This document shows, piece by piece, positions 45,163 to 58,836 of a stretch of 64,000 nucleotides of DNA. This stretch comes from Candidatus Saccharimonadales bacterium (lineage in GTDB: Bacteria; Patescibacteriota; Saccharimonadia; Saccharimonadales; UBA10212). Location of the stretch: positions 139,242 through 203,241 of the forward strand of contig DASTXL010000001.1 in the NCBI GenBank assembly GCA_035758565.1, given 5' to 3'. Every line of letters starts with the position of its first letter. Positions within the stretch are counted from its first letter, which is position 1. Under the pieces are notes generated by a model that was given only the letters and a program-made list of their open reading frames with translations, searched no databases and was not told where the DNA came from. Made by a program: the position numbers and the translations under genes.

Positions 45163-48100
45163 ATGGCAAAATTAGTGGCAACAACTGCAAAACGCACGTA
45201 CTTTACAAAATCAGACGACATTATCAACCCACCAAACCTGGTCGACCACCAGAACAAATCGTTCCAGTGGTTCGTAGAAGAGGGCCTTGGTGAGTTGCTA
45301 GCCGAAATCAGCCCGATTGACGATTACACCGGCGGAAAACTCAGCATTAAGTTCAAGGATTATCACTTTGAGGATCCAAAGATTACCGAGACTGAGGCCC
45401 GTGAGAATAACGTCAGTTTTGAGGCGCCTTTGAAGGCTAACGTCGAACTGACCAATAAAGTTACTGGCGAAGTAAAAGAACAAGAGATTTATCTTGGTGA
45501 CTATCCGTGGATGACATCCCGCGGTACTTTTGTAATTAACGGAGCTGAGCGCGTAGTAGTATCTCAGCTGATCCGCTCAAGCGGTGTCTTCTTTACTGCC
45601 GAACCGCATGGTGGTACCAGTCTGTACGGCGCCAAAGTCATTCCAGTTCGCGGTGCTTGGCTAGAATTTGAAACGGCCGCTAACGGCGCTCTTTATGTAA
45701 AGATCGACCGTAAGCGCAAAATTGCCGTTACTACCTTGCTTAAGGCTCTTGGCATGGACGAAACTCAGATTAAAGAAGCCTTTGCCCACGTTGACCAAGG
45801 CTCGGTTAATCATATTCAGGCTACATTAGATAAAGACCCAGCCCGCTCTCAAAGCGAAGCTTTGATTGAGGTTTACCGCCGCTTGCGCCCAGGCGATCTA
45901 GCTACTGTCGATAATGCCCGTAGCTTGCTAGAAAACATGTTCTACAACTTCAAGCGCTTTGACTTTGGTCGCGTTGGCCGCTACAAGATCAACAAGCGCC
46001 TGGATCTGGACGTTCCAAATACTACCGACAATCGGGTTATGCGCATTGAGGATCTCATTGCCATCGTTGCTGAGCTTATTCGCTTGAACAATACTCAAGA
46101 GCCGGCTGACGAAATCGACTCACTGGCCAATCGCCGCGTCAAATTAGTCGGCGAGCTGGTTCAACGCCAATTCCGCATTGGACTGCTGCGCATGGAGCGC
46201 AACGCCAAAGACCGCATGAGTATGAGCGAAATCGAGACCGTAACTCCGGCTCAATTGATCAACGCCCGCCCGGTTGTGGCGGCTGTGCGCGAATTCTTCG
46301 CCTCCTCCCAGCTTTCGCAGTTCATGGATCAAATCAACCCACTTTCCGAACTGGCTCACAAGCGCCGTCTTTCCTCAATGGGTCCTGGCGGTCTTAGCCG
46401 CGAGCGCGCCGGTTTCGAAGTTCGTGACGCTCACGCTACCCACTATGGCCGCATTTGTCCGGTAGAAACCCCGGAAGGTGCCAACATTGGTTTGGTACTT
46501 AACCTGGCCGGTTTTGCCCGCATTAACGAATACGGCTTTGTTGAGACACCTTACCGTAAGGTAATCAACGCAGTAACCCCTAAGGAAGCTGCCGGTCATA
46601 TCGCCCGCGCTGATCTGGTTGACGAAAAAGGCAAAGTTATTGTTAAAGCTGGCGCCGTAATTACCGACGCCGCCGCTAAAAAACTGGCTACAGTTAAATC
46701 GGTCGCTACTTGGCCGGTTAAAGCTAAAGTTACCGACAAAGTGGTTTATCTTGATGCCGCCGAAGAAGAACAGGCTGTCATCGCTGGTGCTGGTGTAGAA
46801 ATAGACGACAAAGGCTACTTCACAGAAGCCCGCGTCAGCGTCCGTAACCGCTTGGAGCCAGGTGAAGTCGAAGCCGACGAAGTTACCCACATGGACTCCA
46901 GCCTTGCTCAAACTATCGGCTCAAGCGCCGGTTTGATTCCGTTTATCGAAAAGAACTACGTGCTTCGTTCGCTGATGGGCTCTAACCAACAGCGTCAAGC
47001 CGTACCGCTGATCAAGCCGCAATCGCCAATTGTTGGTACTGGTATGGAGTCGATTGTTGCCCACAACACTGGCCAGCTGATCGTTGCCGAAGAAGACGGC
47101 GAAGTATCAAAAGCTACTGCCGACGAAGTCGTCGTTAAGTATAAGAGCGGTCGCAGCGCTAAGTATGAACCTGTTCACTTTGCCCGCTCTAACGAAGGCA
47201 GCTCTATCAATCAAACTGTCGTAGTCAACAGCGGTGATAAGGTTAAAGCCGGCCAACCGCTGGTTGAAGGCATGAGTATCGAAGGCGGCGAATTAGCTCT
47301 TGGTAAAGACCTTTTGACTGCTTTCATGCCATGGGGCGGCTACAACTTCGAAGACGCTATCATTTTAAGCCGCCGCTTAGTCCAGGACGATACGTTAACG
47401 TCAGTTCACATTGTTGACTACATGACCGAAGTTCGCGAGACCAAGCTTGGCCCAGAAATTGTTACACGCGATATTCCAAATGTATCCGAAGAATCACTGC
47501 GCCACCTAGACGAAGACGGAATTGTGCGCATTGGTGCCGAAGTTCACCCCGGCGACATCTTGGTTGGTAAAATTACGCCAAAAGGCGAGCAAGAACTTTC
47601 TAGCGAAGAGCGCTTACTGCGTGCCATCTTCGGCGAAAAAGCCAAAGAAGTCCGCGATACCTCTCAGCGCATGAGCACCGGCCGTCACGGCAAAGTCGTT
47701 GGCGTCAAGGTATTTAGCCGCGCCAACGGTCACGAGCTAAAAGCCGGTGTGATTATGCAAATTCAGGTGTTTGTTGCCCAAATGCGCAAGATTAGTGTTG
47801 GCGACAAGCTTGGTGGCCGCCACGGCAACAAGGGCGTCATTGCCCGCATTTTGCCGGTCGAAGACATGCCATTTACCGAAGACGGCACTCCAATCGATAT
47901 CGTTTTGAACCCACTGGGCGTTCCAAGCCGCATGAACATCGGCCAGCTGTTCGAGACGCACCTTGGCATGGCCGCCCGCGCCTTAGGCTTTAAGGTTGCT
48001 ACACCGCCATTTAACGGTGTTCCTATAGAAAAAATTCAGGATCTATTAAAAGAAGCTGGCTTGCCGCAAGACGGAAAACAGCAACTTTACGACGGCCGCA

Positions 48101-48702
48101 CCGGCGAACCATTCGCCGAGCGCACGACTGTCGGAAGCATGTACATAATTAAGCTAAACCATATGGTTTCCGATAAGATTCACGCCCGCTCGACTGGTCC
48201 ATACACCATGGTTACTCAGCAGCCACTCGGTGGTAAGGCGCAAAACGGTGGCCAGCGCTTCGGCGAAATGGAAGTCTGGGCACTCGAAGCTTACGGCGCC
48301 GCCAATACTCTTCAAGAAATGCTGACTATTAAGTCCGACGACGTTTACGGCCGCGCTAAGGCTTACGAATCCATCATTAAGGGCACCGAAATCCAGGGTC
48401 CAAAGGTTCCAGAAAGCTTCAACGTGCTTGTCAAGGAATTGCAAGGCCTTGGCCTTAAGGTAGACCTTCTGACCGAGGGCAAAGTTGTCGACGCCGAAGA
48501 AGTTTTGGCCGAACACATCAAAGATGAGTCCAAAAACGCTCCATCTACGGAGTCTGAGCCGACTACTGTTCACGACGCCGAAGTCACAGAAGAAGCTGTT
48601 GAGCACGAAATCATGCTCATGGACGATGAAGCCGAAAGTATTCCAACCGTAGGCTCGGAGGAATTAGAAATTACAAATGCCATAGAAGGGGAGGAGGCTT
48701 AA
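45163..48702 (+). CDS. rpoB: DNA-directed RNA polymerase beta subunit
   Basis: 1179 aa with conserved beta-subunit blocks (GDKLGGRHGNKGV, NPLGVPSRMNIGQ, and others). Confidence 0.97.
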   Translation: MAKLVATTAKRTYFTKSDDIINPPNLVDHQNKSFQWFVEEGLGELLAEISPIDDYTGGKLSIKFKDYHFEDPKITETEARENNVSFEAPLKANVELTNKVTGEVKEQEIYLGDYPWMTSRGTFVINGAERVVVSQLIRSSGVFFTAEPHGGTSLYGAKVIPVRGAWLEFETAANGALYVKIDRKRKIAVTTLLKALGMDETQIKEAFAHVDQGSVNHIQATLDKDPARSQSEALIEVYRRLRPGDLATVDNARSLLENMFYNFKRFDFGRVGRYKINKRLDLDVPNTTDNRVMRIEDLIAIVAELIRLNNTQEPADEIDSLANRRVKLVGELVQRQFRIGLLRMERNAKDRMSMSEIETVTPAQLINARPVVAAVREFFASSQLSQFMDQINPLSELAHKRRLSSMGPGGLSRERAGFEVRDAHATHYGRICPVETPEGANIGLVLNLAGFARINEYGFVETPYRKVINAVTPKEAAGHIARADLVDEKGKVIVKAGAVITDAAAKKLATVKSVATWPVKAKVTDKVVYLDAAEEEQAVIAGAGVEIDDKGYFTEARVSVRNRLEPGEVEADEVTHMDSSLAQTIGSSAGLIPFIEKNYVLRSLMGSNQQRQAVPLIKPQSPIVGTGMESIVAHNTGQLIVAEEDGEVSKATADEVVVKYKSGRSAKYEPVHFARSNEGSSINQTVVVNSGDKVKAGQPLVEGMSIEGGELALGKDLLTAFMPWGGYNFEDAIILSRRLVQDDTLTSVHIVDYMTEVRETKLGPEIVTRDIPNVSEESLRHLDEDGIVRIGAEVHPGDILVGKITPKGEQELSSEERLLRAIFGEKAKEVRDTSQRMSTGRHGKVVGVKVFSRANGHELKAGVIMQIQVFVAQMRKISVGDKLGGRHGNKGVIARILPVEDMPFTEDGTPIDIVLNPLGVPSRMNIGQLFETHLGMAARALGFKVATPPFNGVPIEKIQDLLKEAGLPQDGKQQLYDGRTGEPFAERTTVGSMYIIKLNHMVSDKIHARSTGPYTMVTQQPLGGKAQNGGQRFGEMEVWALEAYGAANTLQEMLTIKSDDVYGRAKAYESIIKGTEIQGPKVPESFNVLVKELQGLGLKVDLLTEGKVVDAEEVLAEHIKDESKNAPSTESEPTTVHDAEVTEEAVEHEIMLMDDEAESIPTVGSEELEITNAIEGEEA

Positions 48703-48703
48703 A

Positions 48704-52546
<3,843 letters not shown>

Positions 52547-52567
52547 ATTTGCTAGAATCGAGTACTG

Positions 52568-52981
52568 ATGCCTACAGTTAACCAACTTGTAAGAAAACCA
52601 CGCAAAAGTGCCAGCGACAAATCTAAGTCGCCAGCCCTGCTTCGCGTGACCAATAACCTAAAGACCAAAAGCTATGAGAAAGCTGGTCCATTCAAGCGCG
52701 GCGTTTGTATCCGCGTGACGACCAAAACTCCAAAAAAACCTAACTCCGCGCTTCGTAAGGTTGCTCGCGTGCGCCTGACCAACGGCCACGAAGTCTGGGC
52801 CTATATTGGCGGCGAAGGCCACAACTTGCAGGAGCATGCTGTTGTTCTAGTTCGTGGTGGCCGCGTAAAGGACCTTCCTGGTGTGCGTTACCATATTGTC
52901 CGTGGTTCGCTCGACCTTCAGGGCGTAGCTAACCGCAAACAAGGCCGCTCTAAGTATGGCGCCAAGAAAGAGAGCAAATAG
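52568..52981 (+). CDS. rpsL: 30S ribosomal protein S12
   Basis: [28 protein letters not shown]. Confidence 0.97.
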   Translation: MPTVNQLVRKPRKSASDKSKSPALLRVTNNLKTKSYEKAGPFKRGVCIRVTTKTPKKPNSALRKVARVRLTNGHEVWAYIGGEGHNLQEHAVVLVRGGRVKDLPGVRYHIVRGSLDLQGVANRKQGRSKYGAKKESK

Positions 52982-52998
52982 TGCGGTCCGCAATTTTG

Positions 52999-53089
52999 GC
53001 ACAACGCTGCGTCAGCACCTCCAGTACGCACTCGCAGTACGTTTCTGGTACAGCTCGCTTGCGTGCTTCGGTGCTTCCTTGCGCTGTGC
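52999..53089. repeat. Imperfect hairpin of about 90 nt in the rpsL-rpsG spacer
   Basis: GCACAACGC/GCGCTGTGC (8 of 9 positions paired), an inner GCACC/GGTGC stem, and a central CAGTACG..CAGTACG. Contains CTCGCTT. Confidence 0.4.
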
Positions 53090-53122
53090 TCAAACTAGCG
53101 AACCTTAAATTGGAGAGCTATC

Positions 53123-53602
53123 ATGCCTAGGAAGACTACCAAAGCCCTGGTCCGCGAAGCCGCTCCTGATCGTCTATACAACAGCACGCTCGTTGCTAAA
53201 CTCATCAACCGCGTTATGCTGGACGGCAAAAAACAGGTTGCTGAGCGCCTAGTTTACGGTGGCATGCAAAAAGCCGCTGACCGCCTAAAGGTCCAAAATC
53301 CTTTGGAGGTTTTCGAGCAGGCATTCTCTAATATTCGCCCGCATCTTGAGACTCGCTCGCGCCGTGTTGGTGGCGCTAACTACCAAATCCCATTTGAAGT
53401 TAAGGGTCAGCGTCAGCAACACCTAGCAATCATGTGGTTCGTGCAAGCTGCTCGTGCCCGCTCAGGCATGAGCATGGAAGACCGCATTGCTCTTGAACTG
53501 GTTGACGCCTATAACAACGGTGGCGCTGCAGTCAAGAAGAAGGAAGATACTCACCGCATGGCCGAGGCCAACCGTGCCTTCGCTCATTTCGCCAGAGGTT
53601 AA
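53123..53602 (+). CDS. rpsG: 30S ribosomal protein S7
   Basis: PDRLYNS..V.K.IN..M.DGKK..AE..VY, and the tail ..[13 protein letters not shown]. Confidence 0.97.
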   Translation: MPRKTTKALVREAAPDRLYNSTLVAKLINRVMLDGKKQVAERLVYGGMQKAADRLKVQNPLEVFEQAFSNIRPHLETRSRRVGGANYQIPFEVKGQRQQHLAIMWFVQAARARSGMSMEDRIALELVDAYNNGGAAVKKKEDTHRMAEANRAFAHFARG

Positions 53603-53605
53603 CTA

Positions 53606-53884
53606 ATGCCTCCACTAAAAAAATTTCCAGAGTCACGGTTTGCCCGCGCTGGCTCTGATGAGGCGCGAGAGTTAGTAGATCAAGCACATAGCTCCGGTGA
53701 ATTCACTGTTTTTGAGATAACAGCAATGGAGGATTACGAGTCTCCACCCAATGAGCAGTATGATCCGTCGTTCTTGCTTTTTGTGCATAAAGAAGACGAT
53801 CTGGAACCCGTCGTAGATACTTTCATCGCGGAAAATGGGTTCATGGATGCTGAACTAGGTCACGAGTTAAAGATTGAACATTAA
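53606..53884 (+). CDS. Hypothetical acidic protein (92 aa) embedded between rpsG and fusA
   Basis: Starts 3 nt after the rpsG stop and ends 11 nt before fusA. No recognisable motif. Confidence 0.5.
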   Translation: MPPLKKFPESRFARAGSDEARELVDQAHSSGEFTVFEITAMEDYESPPNEQYDPSFLLFVHKEDDLEPVVDTFIAENGFMDAELGHELKIEH

Positions 53885-53895
53885 AGGAATAAATA

Positions 53896-55986
53896 ATGGC
53901 AGGGAAATTAGATTTAGAAAAACTCAGAAATATCGGAATTATCGCTCACATCGACGCTGGTAAAACCACCACCACCGAAGGCATTCTTTACCGTACCGGT
54001 TTGAAGCATAAGATTGGCGCTGTGCACGAGGGTGAGACCACTACCGACTGGATGGCTCAAGAAAAAGAGCGCGGCATTACTATTACTGCCGCCGCTGTTA
54101 GCTGCACCTGGAAAGGCCACGCTATTAACATTATCGACACCCCAGGCCACATCGACTTCACCGTTGAAGTAGAACGCAGCTTACGCGTTCTAGACGGTGC
54201 TGTGACCGTGTTTGACGGCAAAATGGGTGTAGAGAGCCAAAGTGAAACCGTTTGGCGCCAAGCCGACAAATATCACGTGCCACGCATCTGTTTTATTAAC
54301 AAGATCAACCAAACTGGCGGTGATTTCTATAAGTCTTTGGAATCAATCCACAATCGCTTAAACAAGCGCGCTTTTCCTATTCACCTGCCAATTGGTTTTG
54401 AGCAGTCGGTCAACGGCGTAGTCGATCTGATTACAATGAAGGCCTACACCTATAAAGAATTTACCGATCACGAGCTGATCGAAGGTGAAGTGCCGGCCGA
54501 CATGCTTGACCAAGCCAAGAAATACCGTTCACTTTTGATCGAAAACGCTGTTGCCGAAGACGAAGCCCTGCTCGAAAAGTACTTTGAAGTCGGCGAAGAT
54601 GGTCTATCAGAAGACGATATTCGCCTGGCTATCCGAAAAGCCGTGTTAACTGGTAATTTCTTTGCTGTAACCGGCGGCGACGGCCGTGGCGTAATCGTAG
54701 AAAAACTGCTTGATGCCATTACTGATTTCTTGCCCAATCCTTTGGATATCGGCTCTGTTTGGGGCACTAACCCTAAGACTGGCGACGAAATTGAGCGCAA
54801 ACCAGATTCAGCCGAACCCTTCGCCGCACTGGCCTTCAAGATCGCTACCGACCCTTTTGTTGGTAAGCTGGCCTTCTTCCGCGTTTATTCCGGTAAGGTT
54901 CAGGCCGGCAGCTACATCTTGAATAGCTCGACTGGCGAGAAAGAGCGCGTCGGACGTATCGTGCGTATGCACGCCGACAAGCGTGAAGATGTTACTGAGG
55001 TTGAGGCCGGCGACATTGCCGCCATTGTAGGCCTTAAAGGCACTACTACCGGCAACACGCTTTGTGACCAAAATAGCCCGATTATCTTAGAAAGCATCAC
55101 CTTCCCAGAACCACCGGTTTCTATCGCTATCGAGCCCAAGACCAAAGCTGACCAAGAAAAAATGAGCCTAGCTTTGCAGCGCCTGGCCGAAGAAGACCCA
55201 ACCTTCCGTGTCCGCGTTGATCACGAAACCGGTCAGACCATCATCTCTGGCATGGGTGAGCTTCACCTAGAAATCATCGTCGACCGCATGAAGCGCGAAT
55301 TCACCGTGGAGGCCAACATTGGCCAGCCGCAGGTCGCTTACCGTGAAACCATTCGTAAAGACAACGTTGAGCAAGAGGGTAAGTTCGTCCGCCAGTCTGG
55401 TGGCCGCGGTCAGTACGGCCACGTTTGGATTCGCCTTTCTCAAAACGAAGCCGGCAAGGGCTTTGAATTTATCGATTCTATCAAGGGTGGCGTTGTGCCT
55501 AGCGAATACGTTCCAGCCGTTCGCGCTGGTATAGAAGAAGCTATGAGCAACGGTGTTATCGCCGGCTACCCGGTTGTAGACATTAAAGCCGAGCTTTACG
55601 ACGGCAGCTATCACGAAGTTGACTCTTCCGAAATGGCCTTCAAGATCGCTGGCTCGATGGCCTTGCAGGAAGGCGTTAAAAAAGCCGCTCCAGTGCTGAT
55701 GGAGCCAATCATGAAAGTCGTAGTCGTGACTCCAGAAGAATTCATGGGCGACGTAATTGGCGATCTAAACGCTAAGCGCGGCCGAGTTGAATCTATGGAT
55801 GATCTCCAAAACGGCATTAAGCAAATCACTGCTTTTGTGCCGCTTGGCGAAATGTTTGGCTACACCACCAACCTTCGATCTATGACCCAGGGCCGGGCTA
55901 GCTCCAGCATGGAGCTCGACCACTATGCCGATGTTCCTGGCAACGTCACTCAAGACATCATTGCCAAATCCGGCAAATCGGCTTAA
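53896..55986 (+). CDS. fusA: Elongation factor G
   Basis: [27 protein letters not shown]-type NKINQ. Confidence 0.97.
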   Translation: MAGKLDLEKLRNIGIIAHIDAGKTTTTEGILYRTGLKHKIGAVHEGETTTDWMAQEKERGITITAAAVSCTWKGHAINIIDTPGHIDFTVEVERSLRVLDGAVTVFDGKMGVESQSETVWRQADKYHVPRICFINKINQTGGDFYKSLESIHNRLNKRAFPIHLPIGFEQSVNGVVDLITMKAYTYKEFTDHELIEGEVPADMLDQAKKYRSLLIENAVAEDEALLEKYFEVGEDGLSEDDIRLAIRKAVLTGNFFAVTGGDGRGVIVEKLLDAITDFLPNPLDIGSVWGTNPKTGDEIERKPDSAEPFAALAFKIATDPFVGKLAFFRVYSGKVQAGSYILNSSTGEKERVGRIVRMHADKREDVTEVEAGDIAAIVGLKGTTTGNTLCDQNSPIILESITFPEPPVSIAIEPKTKADQEKMSLALQRLAEEDPTFRVRVDHETGQTIISGMGELHLEIIVDRMKREFTVEANIGQPQVAYRETIRKDNVEQEGKFVRQSGGRGQYGHVWIRLSQNEAGKGFEFIDSIKGGVVPSEYVPAVRAGIEEAMSNGVIAGYPVVDIKAELYDGSYHEVDSSEMAFKIAGSMALQEGVKKAAPVLMEPIMKVVVVTPEEFMGDVIGDLNAKRGRVESMDDLQNGIKQITAFVPLGEMFGYTTNLRSMTQGRASSSMELDHYADVPGNVTQDIIAKSGKSA

Positions 55987-56055
55987 GTTTTCAAAAGCCT
56001 GACCTCTGCGAAATAAATCACTGCTCGCTTCTCCTATAGCTTGGATGATAAAATA

Positions 56056-57576
56056 ATGCCAAGGATAGGTGGTGTGATTAAGAAAAAAGTCAGCGAGGCT
56101 TCTCCTAAACGTTTGCTTCCAGAGCAAGCGCTTCGTTCGGTTACATCTAAAAGCGGCCTGGGCGTTTACGCTAGTTCGGATACTTTATTCAAAGATGCCG
56201 TCTTCGGCCGTGACTCTTTGGAGGTGGCCGAAGACTTGTTATATACCAAGCCAAAGTTGGTCAAGAACATAATACTGACGATTGCCAGCCTGCAGGGCGA
56301 AAACCGCCACAGCGCCAACGAAGAAGAGCCTGGCAAAATCATCCACGAATACCGAACCACCACTATTGACGGTAAACCCATTGACCAAGTATCGTTGCAG
56401 ATTTTTGACCGCCTAAGCCAGGAATGGGGCGGCTCGAGTACTGTTATGGCTTACTACGGCTCGATCGACTCCACGCCGCTATTCATTAGATTGTTAATAA
56501 GATACGTCCAAAAATACGGGCCCGGCATTTTGCTTGAGCGTGTCAAGCTCAGAAGCGGTGAGCTAGTATCGGTTTTAGAAGTCCTCGACAGAGCCGTTCA
56601 ATGGATGCTTGATAAGCTTAGTGAGTCAAAGTGCGGATTATTAGAATACGTCCGCATAAATCCTCACGGGATTAAAAACCAGGCCTGGAAAGATTCTGAC
56701 GAGTTTTACATGCACGCCAACGGCCGTCATGCCAACCACGAAAAGCCCATTGCTTCTATAGAAGTCCAGGCCCTGGCTTACGACGCACTGGTATTAACGG
56801 CGGAGCTTTTGCCATCTTGGTCAAAGTTAAAGCCAGTAGCCGCTCGTCTGCAAAAAAACACCGTAAAGCTGCTCTGGATGGAAAAAGAGCAGTATTTTGC
56901 CCTGGGATTTGACCACTCGGCCCGTAGTAGACGCCGTGTGCTTAAGGTTAGCACCGCGAATCCTGCCGAAATGCTTAATAGTCGTTTCTTTTTAGATATG
57001 GAAGAGACGGATCGTCAAAAATATGTAGGCGCGATTATCATGCACATTATGAGCTCGGATTTTTTGACCGATGCCGGTATCCGCAGCCGCTCACTCAGTG
57101 AAGCGAATTTGGTACACCACTGGGATTACCACGGCTCATTTGTTAGCTGGCCCAAAGAAACTTACGACATAGCTAATGGGCTACGGCTGCACGGTTTTCC
57201 CAGATTAGCGAACGAACTATTCAACCGCATCCTAAACATAACTCACGCTTCGCGCTCCTACCCGGAGTTTGTGTACGTCGACAGGCAAGGCCGGGTGCTG
57301 GGCACTGGCTTAGTTTCTAGCCACCACGGCGAGATTATTTTGGTCGAGGCCCAGAATCGCCCAGAAAGAATCCAGGCCTGGACGGTTTCTGCCGCTCTAG
57401 GCATTCTGGCCAGAGACAAAATGCCCAGACCTGATGCCGCCAGTGAATGGCAGAAGAAGCTCGAGAGTCAAATTCTAAAGTCAATTCCTCACGTGAACTT
57501 ACTGAAATCCAAAAAGGAGCTTAACGCTCGCTACCCGTCATATCCTTACGAGCTAAAAGGCGGATTAACAAGATGA
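56056..57576 (+). CDS. Amylo-alpha-1,6-glucosidase (GDE_C-like, six-hairpin glycosidase) family protein
   Basis: FGRDSLEVAE, GKIIHEYR, YYGSIDSTPLFI, NQAWKDS and IEVQALAYDAL blocks are typical of archaeal-type debranching-enzyme-like proteins. Confidence 0.75.
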   Translation: MPRIGGVIKKKVSEASPKRLLPEQALRSVTSKSGLGVYASSDTLFKDAVFGRDSLEVAEDLLYTKPKLVKNIILTIASLQGENRHSANEEEPGKIIHEYRTTTIDGKPIDQVSLQIFDRLSQEWGGSSTVMAYYGSIDSTPLFIRLLIRYVQKYGPGILLERVKLRSGELVSVLEVLDRAVQWMLDKLSESKCGLLEYVRINPHGIKNQAWKDSDEFYMHANGRHANHEKPIASIEVQALAYDALVLTAELLPSWSKLKPVAARLQKNTVKLLWMEKEQYFALGFDHSARSRRRVLKVSTANPAEMLNSRFFLDMEETDRQKYVGAIIMHIMSSDFLTDAGIRSRSLSEANLVHHWDYHGSFVSWPKETYDIANGLRLHGFPRLANELFNRILNITHASRSYPEFVYVDRQGRVLGTGLVSSHHGEIILVEAQNRPERIQAWTVSAALGILARDKMPRPDAASEWQKKLESQILKSIPHVNLLKSKKELNARYPSYPYELKGGLTR

Positions 57577-58700
57577 GAGTTGCCATTATCGCCCAACCGT
57601 ACGTATCTGTTCCGCCAAAGAAATACGGTGGCACCGAAAGAGTTATTTTTAATCTTATAAACGGTCTTTTAGAGGCTGGCCACGAGCCTATTTTGATTGG
57701 TCCAGGCGACTCTAAGGTTGAGTGTGAGCTGATACCCACAGTCGAAAAATCAATTTTTTTCCCGCGCACCAAGTCCGGACTTGCTAAATTTAATAAAGAA
57801 ATAGCCAAGATTAGTAGACGAACCGATAGGCTAATTAGGCAAACGTTGCCCAATGTCGACGTGATACACTCGCATGGTTTTGACATCCGCAAGTTTCAAG
57901 ATTTTCCGAACGTTACCACCTTGCACGGCCCGATACTTTTTGACGATATAGAAGACTTGTTATCGCCAAAACGCAAAAACATGAATTATGTTTCGATATC
58001 AAAAAACCAGCAAACTGTTTTGCCGCAACTTAGTTATCTTGGTGTTGCCTACAACGGCGAGGATCCTAAAGATTTTCCGATAGTTAAAAAGCCGCAAAAT
58101 TATGTCTGTTTTGTCGGCCGGTTTGACCGCGAAAAGAATCCTCATCTGGCTATACAACTGGCTATCCATTACGGCATCAAGATCAAGCTGGGTGGAAAAA
58201 TAGACTATCTTGGCAACGACTATTTTGAATCTGAAATTAAGCCGTACATCAAACACCCTCTCGTTGAATACTTAGGCGAGCTCGGGCCTAAGGAAGTCGT
58301 AGAAGTTCTCAGCAAGGCAAAATGCAACTTGCACCCCACAGGTTTCAGGGAGCCTTTTGGTTTGACAGTGGTTGAGGCCGCCTACTGCGGTACGCCAACA
58401 CTAGCTATTGCTCGCGGCTCAATGGCCGAGCTTATCGAAGACGGCCGAACAGGAATCTTAGTTGAAGATTTGATCGAGGGCTATAATCGCCTAGACGAAT
58501 GCTTCGCGATGGATAGGGATTATATTGCGCATCGCGCCAGAATGTTATTTAACTACCAAGCAATGACCAGAAGCTATATTGAAGCCTATGAAAAAGCGAT
58601 TGATATAGATAAGCGGCGCCGATCAGAAACTAATGCGCTGCGCAGCTTTGTTAAAAAAATTAGCCGCAATCCTTTTACGGATTACACCGTTATTCCTTAG
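57573..58700 (+). CDS. GT4-family (GT-B) glycosyltransferase
   Basis: PKKYGGTERV N-terminus and the C-terminal EPFGLTVVEAAYCGTPTLA..G.MAELIEDGRTGILV motif. 4-nt overlap with the upstream gene. Confidence 0.85.
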   Translation: MRVAIIAQPYVSVPPKKYGGTERVIFNLINGLLEAGHEPILIGPGDSKVECELIPTVEKSIFFPRTKSGLAKFNKEIAKISRRTDRLIRQTLPNVDVIHSHGFDIRKFQDFPNVTTLHGPILFDDIEDLLSPKRKNMNYVSISKNQQTVLPQLSYLGVAYNGEDPKDFPIVKKPQNYVCFVGRFDREKNPHLAIQLAIHYGIKIKLGGKIDYLGNDYFESEIKPYIKHPLVEYLGELGPKEVVEVLSKAKCNLHPTGFREPFGLTVVEAAYCGTPTLAIARGSMAELIEDGRTGILVEDLIEGYNRLDECFAMDRDYIAHRARMLFNYQAMTRSYIEAYEKAIDIDKRRRSETNALRSFVKKISRNPFTDYTVIP

Positions 58701-58799
58701 GTCTCTTAAGTTGACCAGTGCGCAAGAATATTAGAGCAATATAAGAGGTTTATCGTACAGAATTAGCCACAACTCTTTCTTCGAGCAGGCGATAATTCG

Positions 58800-58827
58800 T
58801 TGACAACAGAGTGAAAATCGTTAAAAT
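58800..58827 (+). promoter_or_regulatory. Promoter of the FabD-like gene
   Basis: TTGACA (58800-58805), a 16-nt spacer, and TAAAAT (58822-58827). The ATG lies 9 nt further on with no SD. Confidence 0.55.
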
Positions 58828-58836
58828 CAGGCCCAA

